Origin: Octopus sinensis | Taxonomy: Eukaryota | Direction of reading: 5' to 3' | DNA: 64,000 nt | Assembly: GCF_006345805.1 (NCBI RefSeq) | Contig: NC_043000.1 | Span: 68,262,001-68,326,000 of the forward strand | Shown: in pieces, positions 12,790-25,264 of the stretch | Layout of the letters: the number at the start of each line of letters is the position of its first letter | How positions within the stretch are numbered: position 1 is the first letter of the stretch | Made by a program: the position numbers and the translations under genes | The notes under the pieces: generated by a model | The model's database searches: none | Seen by the model: only the letters and a program-made list of their open reading frames with translations | Told to the model about the DNA's origin: nothing

Positions 12790-13325
12790 TGTCATTATTC
12801 ATTTCTATTTGAATTTTTCTGACCAATGGAGAAAGAGCCGGTTTCAAACCTAGATCCAAGGCTCTTTCATTGGAATTTCAACAACATCAACAGGGTATTT
12901 TTGTATGTATGTAAGTATGTATTATGTATGTATGTACGTATGTGTGCAGATTTGTTTGATTTGTTTTATGTATGTATTCTCATGCATATAGTTGCATACC
13001 TAGATATGCTCATATATACTTAAATGATAAACTTCTGGGAAGTTTTGCAGATTTTTACAGCTCCAGCGATGACTTTGATCTGTTGACTTCGAATCAGCTT
13101 TCTTCTTTCTGCTTTTGAGAAGCCTAATTTCTTAAGATTGGTATGTGGGCAGTGTGTTACATAACCCAGTGTCCAAATAAATACAGGTATGAACCTGAAC
13201 TTGTAATCTGGATAGAGTAGGTGTAGATTTCTCAGTAGTTCAGCGTAGGTATTTTCTTTTTCGCTGATCTTTAACTTTATGTTAACATCCGCTGGGCAGC
13301 TAATTTCCACAACTGTACATAGTTT
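12790..13325 (-). mobile_element. R4/Dong-type RLE retrotransposon, 3' fragment inside a (TATG)n array
   Basis: ORF 13020-13346 reads KLCTVVEISCPADVNIKLKISEKENTYAELLRNLHLLYPDYKFRFIP..AGAVKICKTSQKF. The 3' UTR is present, and TATG arrays lie at 12715-12775 and 13330-13475. Confidence 0.85.
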
Positions 13326-13619
13326 CATACGTATGTATGTATGCACGTATGTATGTATGTATGTATGTATGTATGTATGTATGTATGTATGTATGTATGT
13401 ATGTATGTATGTATGTATGTATGTATGTATGTATTATGTATGTATGTAAGTGGTGTGTGTATGTATGTATGTAAAAATACTTTATTGCATTCTGTTACAG
13501 AAATGTATGTAAAAAGATATTTGTAAATAACGATCCGTATATATTGATAGATAACCTTCACCCCCACCTCAAAGTTTATTTACTTTGTGATACGCTTACC
13601 GTCAGCATGCTACCCACCA

Positions 13620-13770
13620 AATGTATTCTTCAGCTGAATTCTAAATTAGAAACGATAAAGTTTGCCGTTGAACATGATTATAGCGCAACTGCGAGACGCT
13701 TCAATATGTGAACGAATGTAGCATCAGATCGCGGAGGCGAGCTCAAGATATCCTTGAAGTTATGCCAAAG
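13620..13770 (+). mobile_element. pogo/Tigger-type transposase, N-terminal HTH fragment
   Basis: Reads YS..AEF/KLETIKFAVEHDYSATARRFN, with a frameshift and a stop. Confidence 0.5.
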
Positions 13771-13806
13771 TACACAACACACACACACACACACGTGTAT
13801 ATATAT

Positions 13807-13854
<48 letters not shown>

Positions 13855-14444
13855 GTAATCGGCAGTTGTGTGTCGACTGCTTACCTGTTAATAAGAGGAT
13901 CCGTCAGTTTCGGCTACAGTAAAGGAATTCAGGGTAGTGCAAAGATAGTATACTCTCTTTTTATGAATCGACGCCAGTTCAACATCGGAAAGCGAGCAAG
14001 TGTGTAGAGAGTTCCAAAAGACAATAAAGGAGAACTATTAAACGAAAGAATCATAGTTAGCCTCAAGCAATGGTGCTCAAGCGGGATCCATATCAGCCTT
14101 GGGAATCCATAGAAGTTTTTGTGGTTTCCACGCAAGCATAATAGTAAATTGGGTGACAGCGGTAGTATTTTAGGTGTCCAGGAGAAAAAAATTTGCCTTA
14201 GAGATACTATTGCAAGAAAAGAACTAGGCTTATTTCTCTAACGCTTAAGATAGTTCAACATAGTAGTATGTAAACTCTCTCATTTCTGCTTTTATTTGAA
14301 TTAAGAAATAGTACTCATGCTAAATATATTATGATGGGTGACACTATTTTTTGAAGTAAAGATGGGGATCATGATGTATTGAAATGTATTGACACTACTA
14401 AAAAATATCGACTATTCTGGGAGAAAACACAGTTGCACGGTACC

Positions 14445-14621
14445 TCATTTCCTTCATCATACCTTTTTGAATTTGATTTCAATTGTGTCTCTAACTTTCT
14501 GTCAAAAGCTCATAACCGACTCAACACTGTACAAAGAGGTGATCTTTAATTATCACTGAGAATGGTGGAAACGAATATTGCAAAACTAGCGGAGCAGCAT
14601 CAACCACAAGGTTCACACTGA
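14445..14621 (+). mobile_element. hAT (Charlie/Buster-type) transposase, C-terminal fragment
   Basis: Reads SFPSSYLFEFDFNCVSNFLSKAHNRLNTVQRGDL*LSLRMVETNIAKLAEQHQPQGSH*. Confidence 0.7.
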
Positions 14622-14744
14622 ATGAAGAAGCAGTAAATAGTATCTACTTTTAATATATCCTTGTATATTTATGAGTTATTTTACTAGTGAACATTAATTT
14701 TTCCATAGAATTTAATTTGTTGTTAAAATTAATGCGCAATACAA

Positions 14745-14958
14745 GACGGCGAGTAGGCAGAATCGTTATCATGCCGAGTAAAATGCTTAGCAGCATTTCG
14801 TCTATCTTCGCGTTCTGAGTTCAGATTCCGCCGAGGTCTACTTTGCCTTTCATCCTTTCGGGGGTCAATAAACTAAGTATCAGTTGGACACTGGGATCGA
14901 TGCAATTGACTTAGACTCTTTCATGAAATCGCTGGCTTTGTGTCAAAATTTGAAACCA
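14745..14958 (+). mobile_element. SINE family A (ggcggcgagctggcagaatcgttagc... type)
   Basis: Aligns end to end with the copies at 53200, 36505 and 61100-61773. It carries the central ctttgcctttcatcctttcggggtcgataaa block. Confidence 0.85.
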
Positions 14959-16074
14959 CAATCAAAATGCAATAAATTGGTAATACTGTTACAGTATACA
15001 AATATTTTAGCAATTGTATAATTCCAAACGATATTTAATTTATAGGATTTTTTAGACATCGAGTGGCTATGAGAGAGTCCACCAGAGTAAAAAAAAAATA
15101 GAATCAAAGGGGTAAACCATATCGAGAGAGTCGAAGAATGGCGTTTGATTACTCTTAGAACATCACTGTTGCCGTGAATGGTTGTAAGACTGACTGTAAG
15201 ATGATCACTAGGTATGCAAAAAGTAGATTCACTATTAAATTTGCTCTTTGTATGATGGTTTCAAGTTGCCACCTTATAGAATCTTCAAAATGAAGGCTAT
15301 GCCATTAGTAGTTGTCTAATGTATTTTACATCCGACTATATGAAAATACCTGGGTGGATAGAAACTTACCTTCGTTTTGCTCAGGACTGTTTGGAGCAGA
15401 CAGGAAATAGCGAGCAGAAAACTACTGATACTTGTTGTCATTAAATGAAGGATAACAAAATAAGCTTGGTTATCATTCAATGTAGAATGATCAAAGTGCT
15501 GCCGGTGGCGAATATAATGCGCAGCAAGCCTGTCAGGAATATTTCGATGGCAGTACGAAAACGGACAACCACTGTGATTGCCAGATAAAAAGCAAAAACA
15601 AAAAAACAAACATACAAACAAGCAAACAAACAGACAAACAAATAAACAAAACAAGATAAGGACTATCCTTGCTACAGTCGTTAGTTGGGCAAAAGATTCT
15701 TGGCTAGATATGTCCTTAGAAACAATATTTTTGTATTTCTGAAATGTGACTTCCCTTACACTATGGATAGAAGCCAAAATGGCATCTGTGAGAAAAGCAA
15801 AGAAGTGAAACTTTGGAAACAGAATATCGGAACAGGATATTAGATGAACAGTTTATTTTGTAGATGGGAAAGACTAGTGACAAGGAATCTGAAGGATTTT
15901 AAAATATCTATTAATATATATCATATAACAAAACTGCAATGGAAAAATGTATATAGATATGCTTATAAGTATCCTTCTATACTCAGGGCCGTCTTAACAG
16001 AATTATAGGCCTCTTCGCTAAGTAAAGCACTGGGACCTCTGCATACACACCCACAGCATAAATTAGCTTTGGAT

Positions 16075-16424
16075 CCTTAGCAACTTAAGACGGTCCCGTC
16101 TATACCTGTAAAATATTGTTTGTTTGTTTGTTCCTTCTCGATCCATGCCTCGCTCATAGGGCCGGTTTCCCGGTTTCCTTGGCTATAGGTTCCCCACCTG
16201 GACAGGACGCCGGTCCGTCGCAGGTGAGCTGCAAGATGCAGGAGGAAAGAGTGAGAGAAAGTTGTGGCGAGAGATTCAGTAGAAGTTCGCAATTACCTTC
16301 TGCCGGTGCCGCGTGGACCTAAGGTGTTTCGCTCTTAAACACACACATCGCCCGGTCTGAGATTCGAACCCGTGATCCCTCGACCGCGAGTCCGCTGCTC
16401 TAACCACTATGCCATGTGCCTCCA
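16075..16424 (-). mobile_element. tRNA-derived SINE family B
   Basis: Minus strand starts tggaggcacatggcatagtggttagagcagcggactcgcggtcgagggatcacgggttcgaatc (A and B boxes). It matches 24008 and 49825. Confidence 0.85.
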
Positions 16425-16461
16425 CGTAAAATATTGTTACTAAATATTAAACTAGTGGGGG

Positions 16462-16690
16462 GGAGGGTGCAATGCTAAGTGGTGAAGGTGTTGGACTCAT
16501 GATCGTAAGACCGTGGTTTCGATTCCTGGGCCAGGCGATGCGTTGTGTTGTTGAACAAAGCACTTCATTTCATATTGTTCCACTCTACTCAATTGACGAA
16601 AACGAGTATTTCCTGTAACGGATTGGCAACTCGTTTAAGGCGGGAAATATATGCGTCACGGAAACCAGGAAACTGTCCCTATGAATATAT
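16462..16690 (+). mobile_element. tRNA/CORE-type SINE (family D)
   Basis: Has an A box and B box (ggtttcgattcctggg), the CORE-like gcgttgtgttgttgaacaaagcacttcatttc, and the tail ggaaaccaggaaact. Confidence 0.75.
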
Positions 16691-16927
16691 ATGACTCAAG
16701 AAGGATCTTTATCCCTTTTAGATATTAAAGTATTGTTACTTTTGAAATAAAAATGGAGGTAATTATACATACTTTAATTTTATTTTTGATTTAGACGATA
16801 GAGTGCATTATGTCATGGTAGAGAGTGAGAAAGAGAGAAAAAGGTAGAGAGAGAAGAGAAAAGAGAGGAAGAGGTAGAGAGAGAAGGAGAAACAGAGAGA
16901 GACAAAAAGAGAAAGTGAGGTAGATAG

Positions 16928-17017
<90 letters not shown>

Positions 17018-17209
17018 AAGAGAGCTAAACAAATATTGCTACACATACAAGAAACCTCTATGGGATCACTCGATTTGTTAGAAATAGAAACCGAACCTTT
17101 TGGAAAATGGACGTAGTAGCCACGAAAGCTGATCCGAAATACTGAATCAGACTTTCTCTTTCTCTCTCTCCCCTCCGCGCGCACGCACACAAGCGCACGC
17201 ACACAAGCG

Positions 17210-17254
<45 letters not shown>

Positions 17255-17794
17255 TTCTCTCTCGTCGGTTTCTTCTTTTCCTCCTCTTCTCTCTCTATCG
17301 TTCTCACTCTCAAGGTACATAACTCTGTACGACATAGTCAAACGATAATTTTTATTGTTTTTCTATGATTGTGTATCCAGTATTTGAATGATTATCAACA
17401 ATAAACATATTTCTTTAAAATGAATACAATTCTACTCAACAAAGTAAACATAAATGAATATATAACAACGAAAATACTTGGAAAAAGAAGAGGAGTCTGA
17501 AGGAAAAATATCTAATTCATTTGTAAGAGTATTTTCCCTTGTGTTAGTTCATAAACTGTTATTAATCAGAGACTGTTTTCGTACCCGAGTGATATTATTC
17601 TTCATACATGTGGGACATAAGTGGAATGGCAACTTTGTCAAATATCTTTTATTGTGTCGGTTCGTCCAATGCTTTGTGAGCGAAAATTAGTAAACAGAAA
17701 CTGCACAGAAATCCATCGTGTATGTATGTATGATTGCATGTATGTATGTATGTATGTATGTATGTATGTATGTATGTATGTATGTATGCTTATC

Positions 17795-18016
17795 TTTTAT
17801 CTTTTACTTGTTTCAGTTATTAGATTGTGACCATGCTGGGGCATCGCCTTCAAACGTTTTTAGTCGAATCATCCCCAATGCTGTTTTGTTTCAAGCCTGG
17901 TACTTTTCTATCGGTCTCTTTTATGTGGACGTAAATAGACCAACACTGGTTGTCAAGTGGTAGTGTGGAACGCGCGCGCACAAACACGCACGCACGCTAA
18001 CACGCACATACACACA

Positions 18017-18088
<72 letters not shown>

Positions 18089-18261
18089 CTCTCTCTCTCT
18101 CTCTCTCTCTTTCAGTTTCCGTCTACCAAATCCACTCACAAAGATTTGGCTAGCCCGAGGCTGTAGTAGAAGTTACTTGTCCAAGGTGCCACACAGTGGG
18201 ATTAAACCCGGAATCACATGGTTGGGAAGCAACCTCCTTACCAAACAGCCACGCCTGCGCC
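17795..18261 (-). mobile_element. Full-length SINE family C with an internal CA/CT microsatellite
   Basis: 5' end ggcgcaggcgtggctgtttggtaagg and 3' end ctgaaacaagtaaaagataaaa. Confidence 0.9.
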
Positions 18262-18340
18262 TATGTATGTATGTATGTATGTATGTATGTATGTATGTAT
18301 GTATGTATGTATGTATGTATGTATGTATGTATGTATGTAT

Positions 18341-18900
18341 TATGTCAGGTCACTTTCGAGTGCTACTGGTAACATGTAACCCAGTACAACCTGTGACATG
18401 GTCGGGTCGTCGGCGACTAAACCGGCAACCGCACCAAGCTTGCTTGGTGAGGAGGGTGTTTATTGGACACATTGCGGGATGAAAAACAAAACCCGTCAAA
18501 GGGCGGAGGAACTCTCGAGAGTCAACGGCCATCCAATAAATGTCTTAAAGCTGTATCATGCGCGGGGTCATAGAAATGATGGAACTGAATAGCCGATCGC
18601 GCGGTTAAAACCATTGGGAGTGAAGGACTCCTAGCCTTTGTTAGGGCATCCTTCTAGGAGAAGGTAACTCAGGTAACTGGGATAACTCCGACATAAAACC
18701 TGCGGCTCAGTGGTTACCGATGATGTTGACTTGTTCTTCTTTCCGGATTATGGCTGCTGTTGCTTAGTGAGTGGGATTGACTCAGTGCACGGCCTTTCCT
18801 CACTTTAAAAAAAATCTTCTTGCACAGGCATTGCATGATAACAACATTGATTAAGCTTCGTGCAATGGCCATACTCGATAACGAGGGGGCAGCCACCATG
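18341..18900 (+). mobile_element. Non-coding retroposon 'X' (RTE-like 5' UTR plus 3' stem-loop and (TGTA)n tail), copy 1
   Basis: Inverted paralogue at 20252-20983 and a diverged relative at ~28085-28360. It contains gggcatccttctaggagaaggtaactc, like RTE 5' UTRs, and has TATG arrays on both sides. No ORF. Confidence 0.65.
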
Positions 18901-18924
18901 TATGTATGTATGTACGTATGTATG

Positions 18925-20165
18925 CATCTCTTCTGTTTTTAATAATTTAAATTCTTTTTCTGGTGAGGGAGCTCGTTTCTAACAAAGATACAAATCTCCA
19001 CCTTTGGAACATAGATAACGAAAACCATGTCACATTTTAAATTTGAGAAAAGTCTTGCATAGTTTTACTGTTCCGTATACAGATTATATTTGTAATGTGC
19101 GAATCAGTTAGGTGATTTATTTTCCTGAAAATCCAAGCTTATCCAGACTGACAGTTAAGCATTTACTTACAAAGCCAAGTGCTCCAATTATTATTGGTAT
19201 AAATGTAAATTTGTTTCTTTTTGATTTTCAAAGAGATATTCACGTCAGCAGGACGGTTGACTTCTATGACAGTACATACTTTTCTTTGTCCGGCTCAAGC
19301 AACAATATCCCACAGATGTTTTGATGGGAATGTTTGTTTACGTCTTCAATAACAGTGGGGTTCTCTATATTTATTCCAGGACGTTTTTTTTTTCCGAATG
19401 GCATTGCATATTGTTTTTCTGACAATGTTATGAAGCATTGGGAAGTAGTACCCTGATGGCATTATTTGGGCAGCTGTTAATCACATGTTTGATATCTTCC
19501 ACAGAAATATGACATAATCTACATTTACATCTTGGAGCTCAAAGGGCTTCACAGTCTCTTTTGTTGATTAGCAATCTCCTGTTCTTGGACTGCAAATGCA
19601 TAGCCTTTGAAGTGTGATGTGATGTAGCGGTCACGATTCAAAGAGAGGCTTCGTTTTATGTCAATGTTACTATTTTCTTCAAGTGTCCGGGAAACATACC
19701 CATGCATAGGCTTTTTTTTTTTTTTTTTTTGATATGCTGAGCGTTTGAAATCCAGTTCTTCTTTGAGGCATGCTAGTCCGACTGAATTGGGGTTGTGTGG
19801 GAGGTCATCAGGAAGAGAGAATACGCCTTGGAGCTCGCACTAAGTTAATGTATTTATTTTTGCTACTGCTGTCTAGCAAGTGCTATTTGAGAGAGATTAT
19901 GAGACATTCGAAAGCTGTCTGCACTGATCTCAAGCCTCTACTTCCTTTATCTCTTCTGAGGTACAGTGTGTCGATATCACTGTTTCCGTGGAGGTTTCCA
20001 GTTAAGGTTAGAATCTTGCAGGTTTTAATGTCTTTGAAGTGGATTTCTTCTACAGACAAGTTAAGTATCCCAAATACTGGAATCAGTACCCGTACTGCAA
20101 ATGCATTGTGGGGCATTGTCTTGTAACAGGAGAGTTCAGACTGCCATATTTTTTTTAGTCTGGTG
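18925..20165 (-). mobile_element. R4/Dong-type RLE retrotransposon, ~1.2-kb 3' portion
   Basis: Minus strand reads NAFAVRVLIPVFGILN..DIKTCKILTLTGNLHGNSDIDTLYLRRDKGSRGL, then SHFKGYAFAVQEQEIA, the CCHC knuckle CRLCHISVEDIKHVINSC, an RLE segment and the 3' UTR with a CATA tail. Confidence 0.85.
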
Positions 20166-20251
20166 TAATATTCTTGAATAAGAATAAATAACTTATATTA
20201 TAGTAACAATAAAATAACATTGATTCATAAACATACATACATACATACATA

Positions 20252-20718
20252 CATGATGGCTGCCTCCTCGTTATCGAGTATGGCCATTGCACAAAGCTTA
20301 ACTGTTTCTGGTGCTGTGATCGAATGTGACTTTTATTTTCTTTTTAAGTCTACAGCCAGCCATTCAGTTGAGACTCACAGCACTATCAACAATCATGAAC
20401 AATGTTGTTATCGTGCAATGCCTGTGCAAGAAGATTTCTTTTTAAATGAGGAAAGGCTGTGCACTGAGTCAATCCCACTCACTAAGCAACAACAGCCATA
20501 ATCCGAAAAGAAGAACACGTCAACATCATCGGTAACCACTGAGCCGCAGGTTTTATGTCGGAGTTATCCCAGTTACCTGAGTTACCTTCTCCTAGAAGGA
20601 TGCCCTAACAAAAGCTAGGAGTCCTTTACTCCCAATGGTTTAACCGCGCGATCGGGTATTCAGTTCGATTATTTCTATGTCCCCGCGCATGATACATCCT
20701 TAAGCCTTAAGAAGAGAA

Positions 20719-20753
<35 letters not shown>

Positions 20754-20983
20754 ATGAATAAATAAATAAATAAAAGTTACACATTTATTGGATGGCCGTT
20801 GACTCCACCGAGTTCCTCCACCCTTTGACGGGTTTTATTTTTCATCCCGCAGGGTTTCCAATAAACACCCTCCTCACCAAGCAAGCTTGGTGTGGTTACC
20901 GGTTTAGTCGCCGACAGCCCGACCATGCAACACGTTGCACTGGGTTACATGTTACCAGTAGCACTCGAAAGTGACCTGACATA
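20252..20983 (-). mobile_element. Non-coding retroposon 'X', copy 2 (longer)
   Basis: Reverse complement of 18341-18900, plus an extra ~100-bp segment (~20301-20398) and an (AAAT)n run (~20718-20773). CATA arrays lie on both sides. Confidence 0.7.
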
Positions 20984-21520
20984 ACATACATACATACATA
21001 TAATAATGAAACGAAAACAATCGCAACAAAAACTGAATTGCCATAGACAAAACAAACGTTTCTTGCTGCTCTTGTTACCGAAGACCACCCCCTTTTAAAT
21101 TCACTCAGCATGCAGTATCTTATATGAATCTGATATAAACTCATTTTATACGGATAAAATCGATACGAAGAATTTAGCCACTGTGGTAGAAATTAATCTA
21201 CAGAGAAAGAATAAAAACATTAGAATGTAAAAATTAATGCTTATTTTACCGTAAGTATTCAACAAGTACCCTCAAATTGGTCTGCGATACGATTTTCTTT
21301 TCAAACTAACATGTATGTATGTATGTATGTATGTATGTATGTATGTATGTATGTATGTATGTATGTATGTATGCATACATACATGCATACCTACATACAT
21401 TCGAGCTTTGCTCGAAACGTAAAAATCCTTTGTTTCCTTCCCTGTGCGTCTAATTAATACTTTACATATAACGTCCGTCCTCGCGTTGTTGTTTATTTCT
21501 TGTCCTTTATCCGTTTTTTT

Positions 21521-21575
<55 letters not shown>

Positions 21576-21629
21576 GTGTGTGTGTTGTGTGGTGTGTGTG
21601 GTGTGTGTGTGTCTGTGTGTGTGTGTTTA

Positions 21630-21665
21630 CTAGACTACCCGTAACCCGTTGGGTCACCGGGAAAC
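21630..21665 (-). mobile_element. Helitron-type 3' terminus
   Basis: a|ctag at 21630-21633 lies next to the hairpin cccgtaacccgttgggtcaccggg. Confidence 0.55.
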
Positions 21666-22362
21666 TCTGAGTTTCCTAGCAACAGAGTTTTGTTTTGTGG
21701 GTTGGAAAGATTTGGCTGCTATTTCTTGCACGCCCTGTTACCACGTAACAAGTATTTTGGGTCCTTTATCGCAAAGAGCTATTGCGTGGTAGCAGGGCGT
21801 GCTAGAGATAGCGCCAAATCTTTGGAGGGGAGATACGTTGAATGCACTCGAAAAAACTATTTTACACTGAGGTTACGAATAGGTCTTTTACGAAATATCT
21901 ACCGTATTTTTTAAGTAATTTTCACTTAAGAACATCTTTTAAATGTGCCAAAAAATTTCTTGTAATGATATTCACTTTAAGATAATTTTGAAAAATATTA
22001 AAATATTATCATTTAGAGAAAGCTAAAATATACATACTTACTGTACAAATAGCTTACAATTTTGTAATCACATTAACTCAAAAATGATTAAAATATTATG
22101 TTTAACAAAAGCGAAAATAGAAATTGTAAGAAAAAAAAAGACCATTTTTTTTCTCGTTGTCAGTTCACTGTCTAATAGAAAGATAAGAGTTTCTTCCCTT
22201 CAAGGATGAAGATTATTTTCGCAACATTTTCCCATTATGCACCGTTTTGGGTATTTATACCTTGAAAATCTCTAATATCTTGAAAATTACTTTACTGATT
22301 TACGCGAAATTTGTTTCATTCGATTCGTATTAACTTTTCAGGGTAAACTAAATTCATAGTAT

Positions 22363-23049
22363 CATAAGAGGGATCAGCCATCTGAATGTGGCTAGGGTCA
22401 GGGCGGGGTGGTGGGGGTGTTACTGATGCATTTAGCCCCAGGCGAACATCGACGTCACCAGAAGAGCTGACACCATCTCGGTGTCCTTGCCAGCCAGCAA
22501 AGGGAGATCAGCCTCCCCGAAGATACGGATACTACACACGGACCGGTTTCGAGGTTATTGCCTCTTGTCAACGTATGGTAAGCACCGCTCTTCGTTGAGG
22601 GACTTCCTCTACCGGCTGGATATATATAGATTTTCACAGTAACCACAGTCACTGGCGTAGAAAATCTGTTCGAAAACAATAATAAATCTCTGGGCGAGAT
22701 ATAAACAGTAACTGCTCTATAACATAAGAGGGATCAGCCATCTGAATGTGGCTAGGGTCAGGGCGGGGTGGTGGGGTGTTACTGATGCATTTAGCCCCAG
22801 GCGAACATCGACGTCACCAGAACGGTCCGTGTGTAGTATCCGTATCTTCGGGGAGGCTGATCTCCCTTTGCTGGCTGGCAAGGACACCGAGATGGTGTCA
22901 GCTCTTCTGGTGACGTCGATGTTCGCCTGGGGCTAAATGCATCAGTAACACCCCCACCACCCCGCCCTGACCCTAGCCACATTCAGATGGCTGATCCCTC
23001 TTATGTTATAGAGCAGTTACTGTTTATATCTCGCCCAGAGATTTATTAT
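22363..23049 (-). mobile_element. Non-autonomous hammerhead-bearing PLE derivative / retrozyme-like insertion
   Basis: Duplicated target taaattcatagtat at 22349-22362 and 23050-23063. The layout is A-B-C-A followed by inverted B'-A'-C'(part), with a 360-bp unit (22363-22722). Copies are nearly identical and there is no coding capacity. Confidence 0.85.
22535..22577 (-). ncRNA. Minimal type I hammerhead ribozyme, U3:A8 core variant
   Basis: CAUACG UUGACAA GAGG-CAAUAA-CCUC GAAAC-CG-GUC CGUGUG. Stem I is 6 bp (one G-U), stem II is 4 bp, helix III is the palindrome ACCGGU, and the cleavage triplet is GUC. Confidence 0.75.
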
Positions 23050-23127
23050 TAAATTCATAGTATTTTCCCATTATGTGCCAGTTTCGCTGAGTAACATTAC
23101 AAGCAAGCAAGCTAGATTGAAATTTAC

Positions 23128-23209
<82 letters not shown>

Positions 23210-23378
23210 TATTAGAGACTATTTATTAAAATTTTATGTATTGATTAAGTCTTTCCTTGTTTGTTTTGCAAAATAGTGGTTCGTCTCTAATAATATTTTA
23301 TAATATTTTACTATAAAATTGGATTTAATCCTAAATCTGATTTTTTTCCCTGTAAATTTGGATTTATTCCCTAATATT

Positions 23379-23457
<79 letters not shown>

Positions 23458-23967
23458 TATAGATCAATAAATGGTGGGGTTGTGTTGACCGCACGTGGGG
23501 AAATGATAAGCAAGGAAAAATTGTAAAAAGGCAGAATGCTAAATTGAAAGAAAATTTTAATGAAAATGGGTGTATGGAAAAAGTTTTTGAAAAATTGATA
23601 ATATATATATATATATAATATTATATATATATATTATATATATATATATATTTTAATTCAAACTGGTTTTCGTCATAATGTGACTTTTCAAGAATTGTAA
23701 AGGAAAATTTTTTTTTAAATGTGATGAGGGGGAAAAAAGAAAATTACATTGCTTTTTGTAAAAAAATAATAATAGATATATACAAAAATTAAAAAATAGG
23801 TACTCCGACACATTGTAAAGTCTTTGTGTATCTTGAGTTTAATGATTGTTCACGAAAAAATTACCTTGAATTATTGAGATCCAATGGGATTAAATCCATG
23901 TGTTGTTTAATTTAATTTAGGGTGTCTCTTAAGTGGATGGCAAAACAGGAAGTAGTAGTCCAGTAGT

Positions 23968-24006
<39 letters not shown>

Positions 24007-24007
24007 G

Positions 24008-24235
24008 TGGAGGCGCAATGGCCCAGTGGTTAGGGCAGCGGACTCGCGGTTTCGATTCCCAGACCGGGCGTTGTGAGTGTTTATTGAGCGAAAACACTTA
24101 AAGCTCCACGAGGGGGTGGTGGCGATCCCTGCTGTACTCTTTTGCCACAACTTTTTCTCACTCTTTCTTCTGTTGGCCTGCTCGCTTAGCGTCATTTGAA
24201 GGCTAAAACAATGCGAAACGCATTATGACATCTGG
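24008..24235 (+). mobile_element. SINE family B, internally deleted
   Basis: ggaggcgcaatggcccagtggttagggcagcggactcgcggtttcgattcccagaccggg... Confidence 0.85.
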
Positions 24236-24256
24236 TCGGTCACGGTGATATATATA

Positions 24257-24740
<484 letters not shown>

Positions 24741-25264
24741 ATCGTTTATTCCTTTATCATCTCTCACTTCGTTGTGAAGCATATGCATATTGAATTCTAC
24801 ACCAGGTTATTAGTCTTGCAATGCCTAAGAGTTTTTGAAGTGGTGTACAGATATTTTATATTAAGAATAACAAGACAGTCAGAATGTTGGATGATTCTAT
24901 TTATTCTAATTTACATTTTGAGTGCTTTTTTCCGTTATCGGATTTATCAAAAAAGTGGTTTACAGTAAGTTTGCCTCGCCTTTTTTTTACATAAAATTGA
25001 AACTGATGATGTTTTAGAAAGGGAGAGAGAGGTGGGGAGAAGGAGGGGAGAAATAGGGGAGAGAGAGGGAGGGAGAGAGTAAAGGAAGGAGAGCAGTAGG
25101 GGAGAGAGAGAGGAACAAATTAGAAAGGAAGGTGCAGGGATGAAAGAGGAGAGAGTGAAAATGGTGAAGATAGAGAAGAGAAAAGAAAGTAGGAGTGTGT
25201 TTGGAGATTGTATTCTTGATTTGAGGGGAGGGTGCGAAGGAAGGGAACAGAAAGAAGAAAAATG

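Noticed and set aside
16350-16424. tRNA gene
   Set aside because: A and B boxes are present, but the acceptor stem and 3' end do not close and the sequence continues into a SINE body. The same applies at 24008 and 49825.
20255-20288. HDV-like ribozyme (GAUGGCU/GGCCAUU helix with a G-U first pair, and a CCUCCUCG loop-like motif)
   Set aside because: The interior is a simple nested hairpin (ctcg-ttat-cgag), with no P1.1 GG, P2 or J4/2 found. It is better read as the retroposon's 3' stem-loop on the other strand.
22415-22460. Second, plus-strand hammerhead in the 360-bp unit (ctgatgc...gcc-cca-ggc-gaac...gtc)
   Set aside because: A9 is displaced, GAAA lacks an A and stem I does not pair in register.
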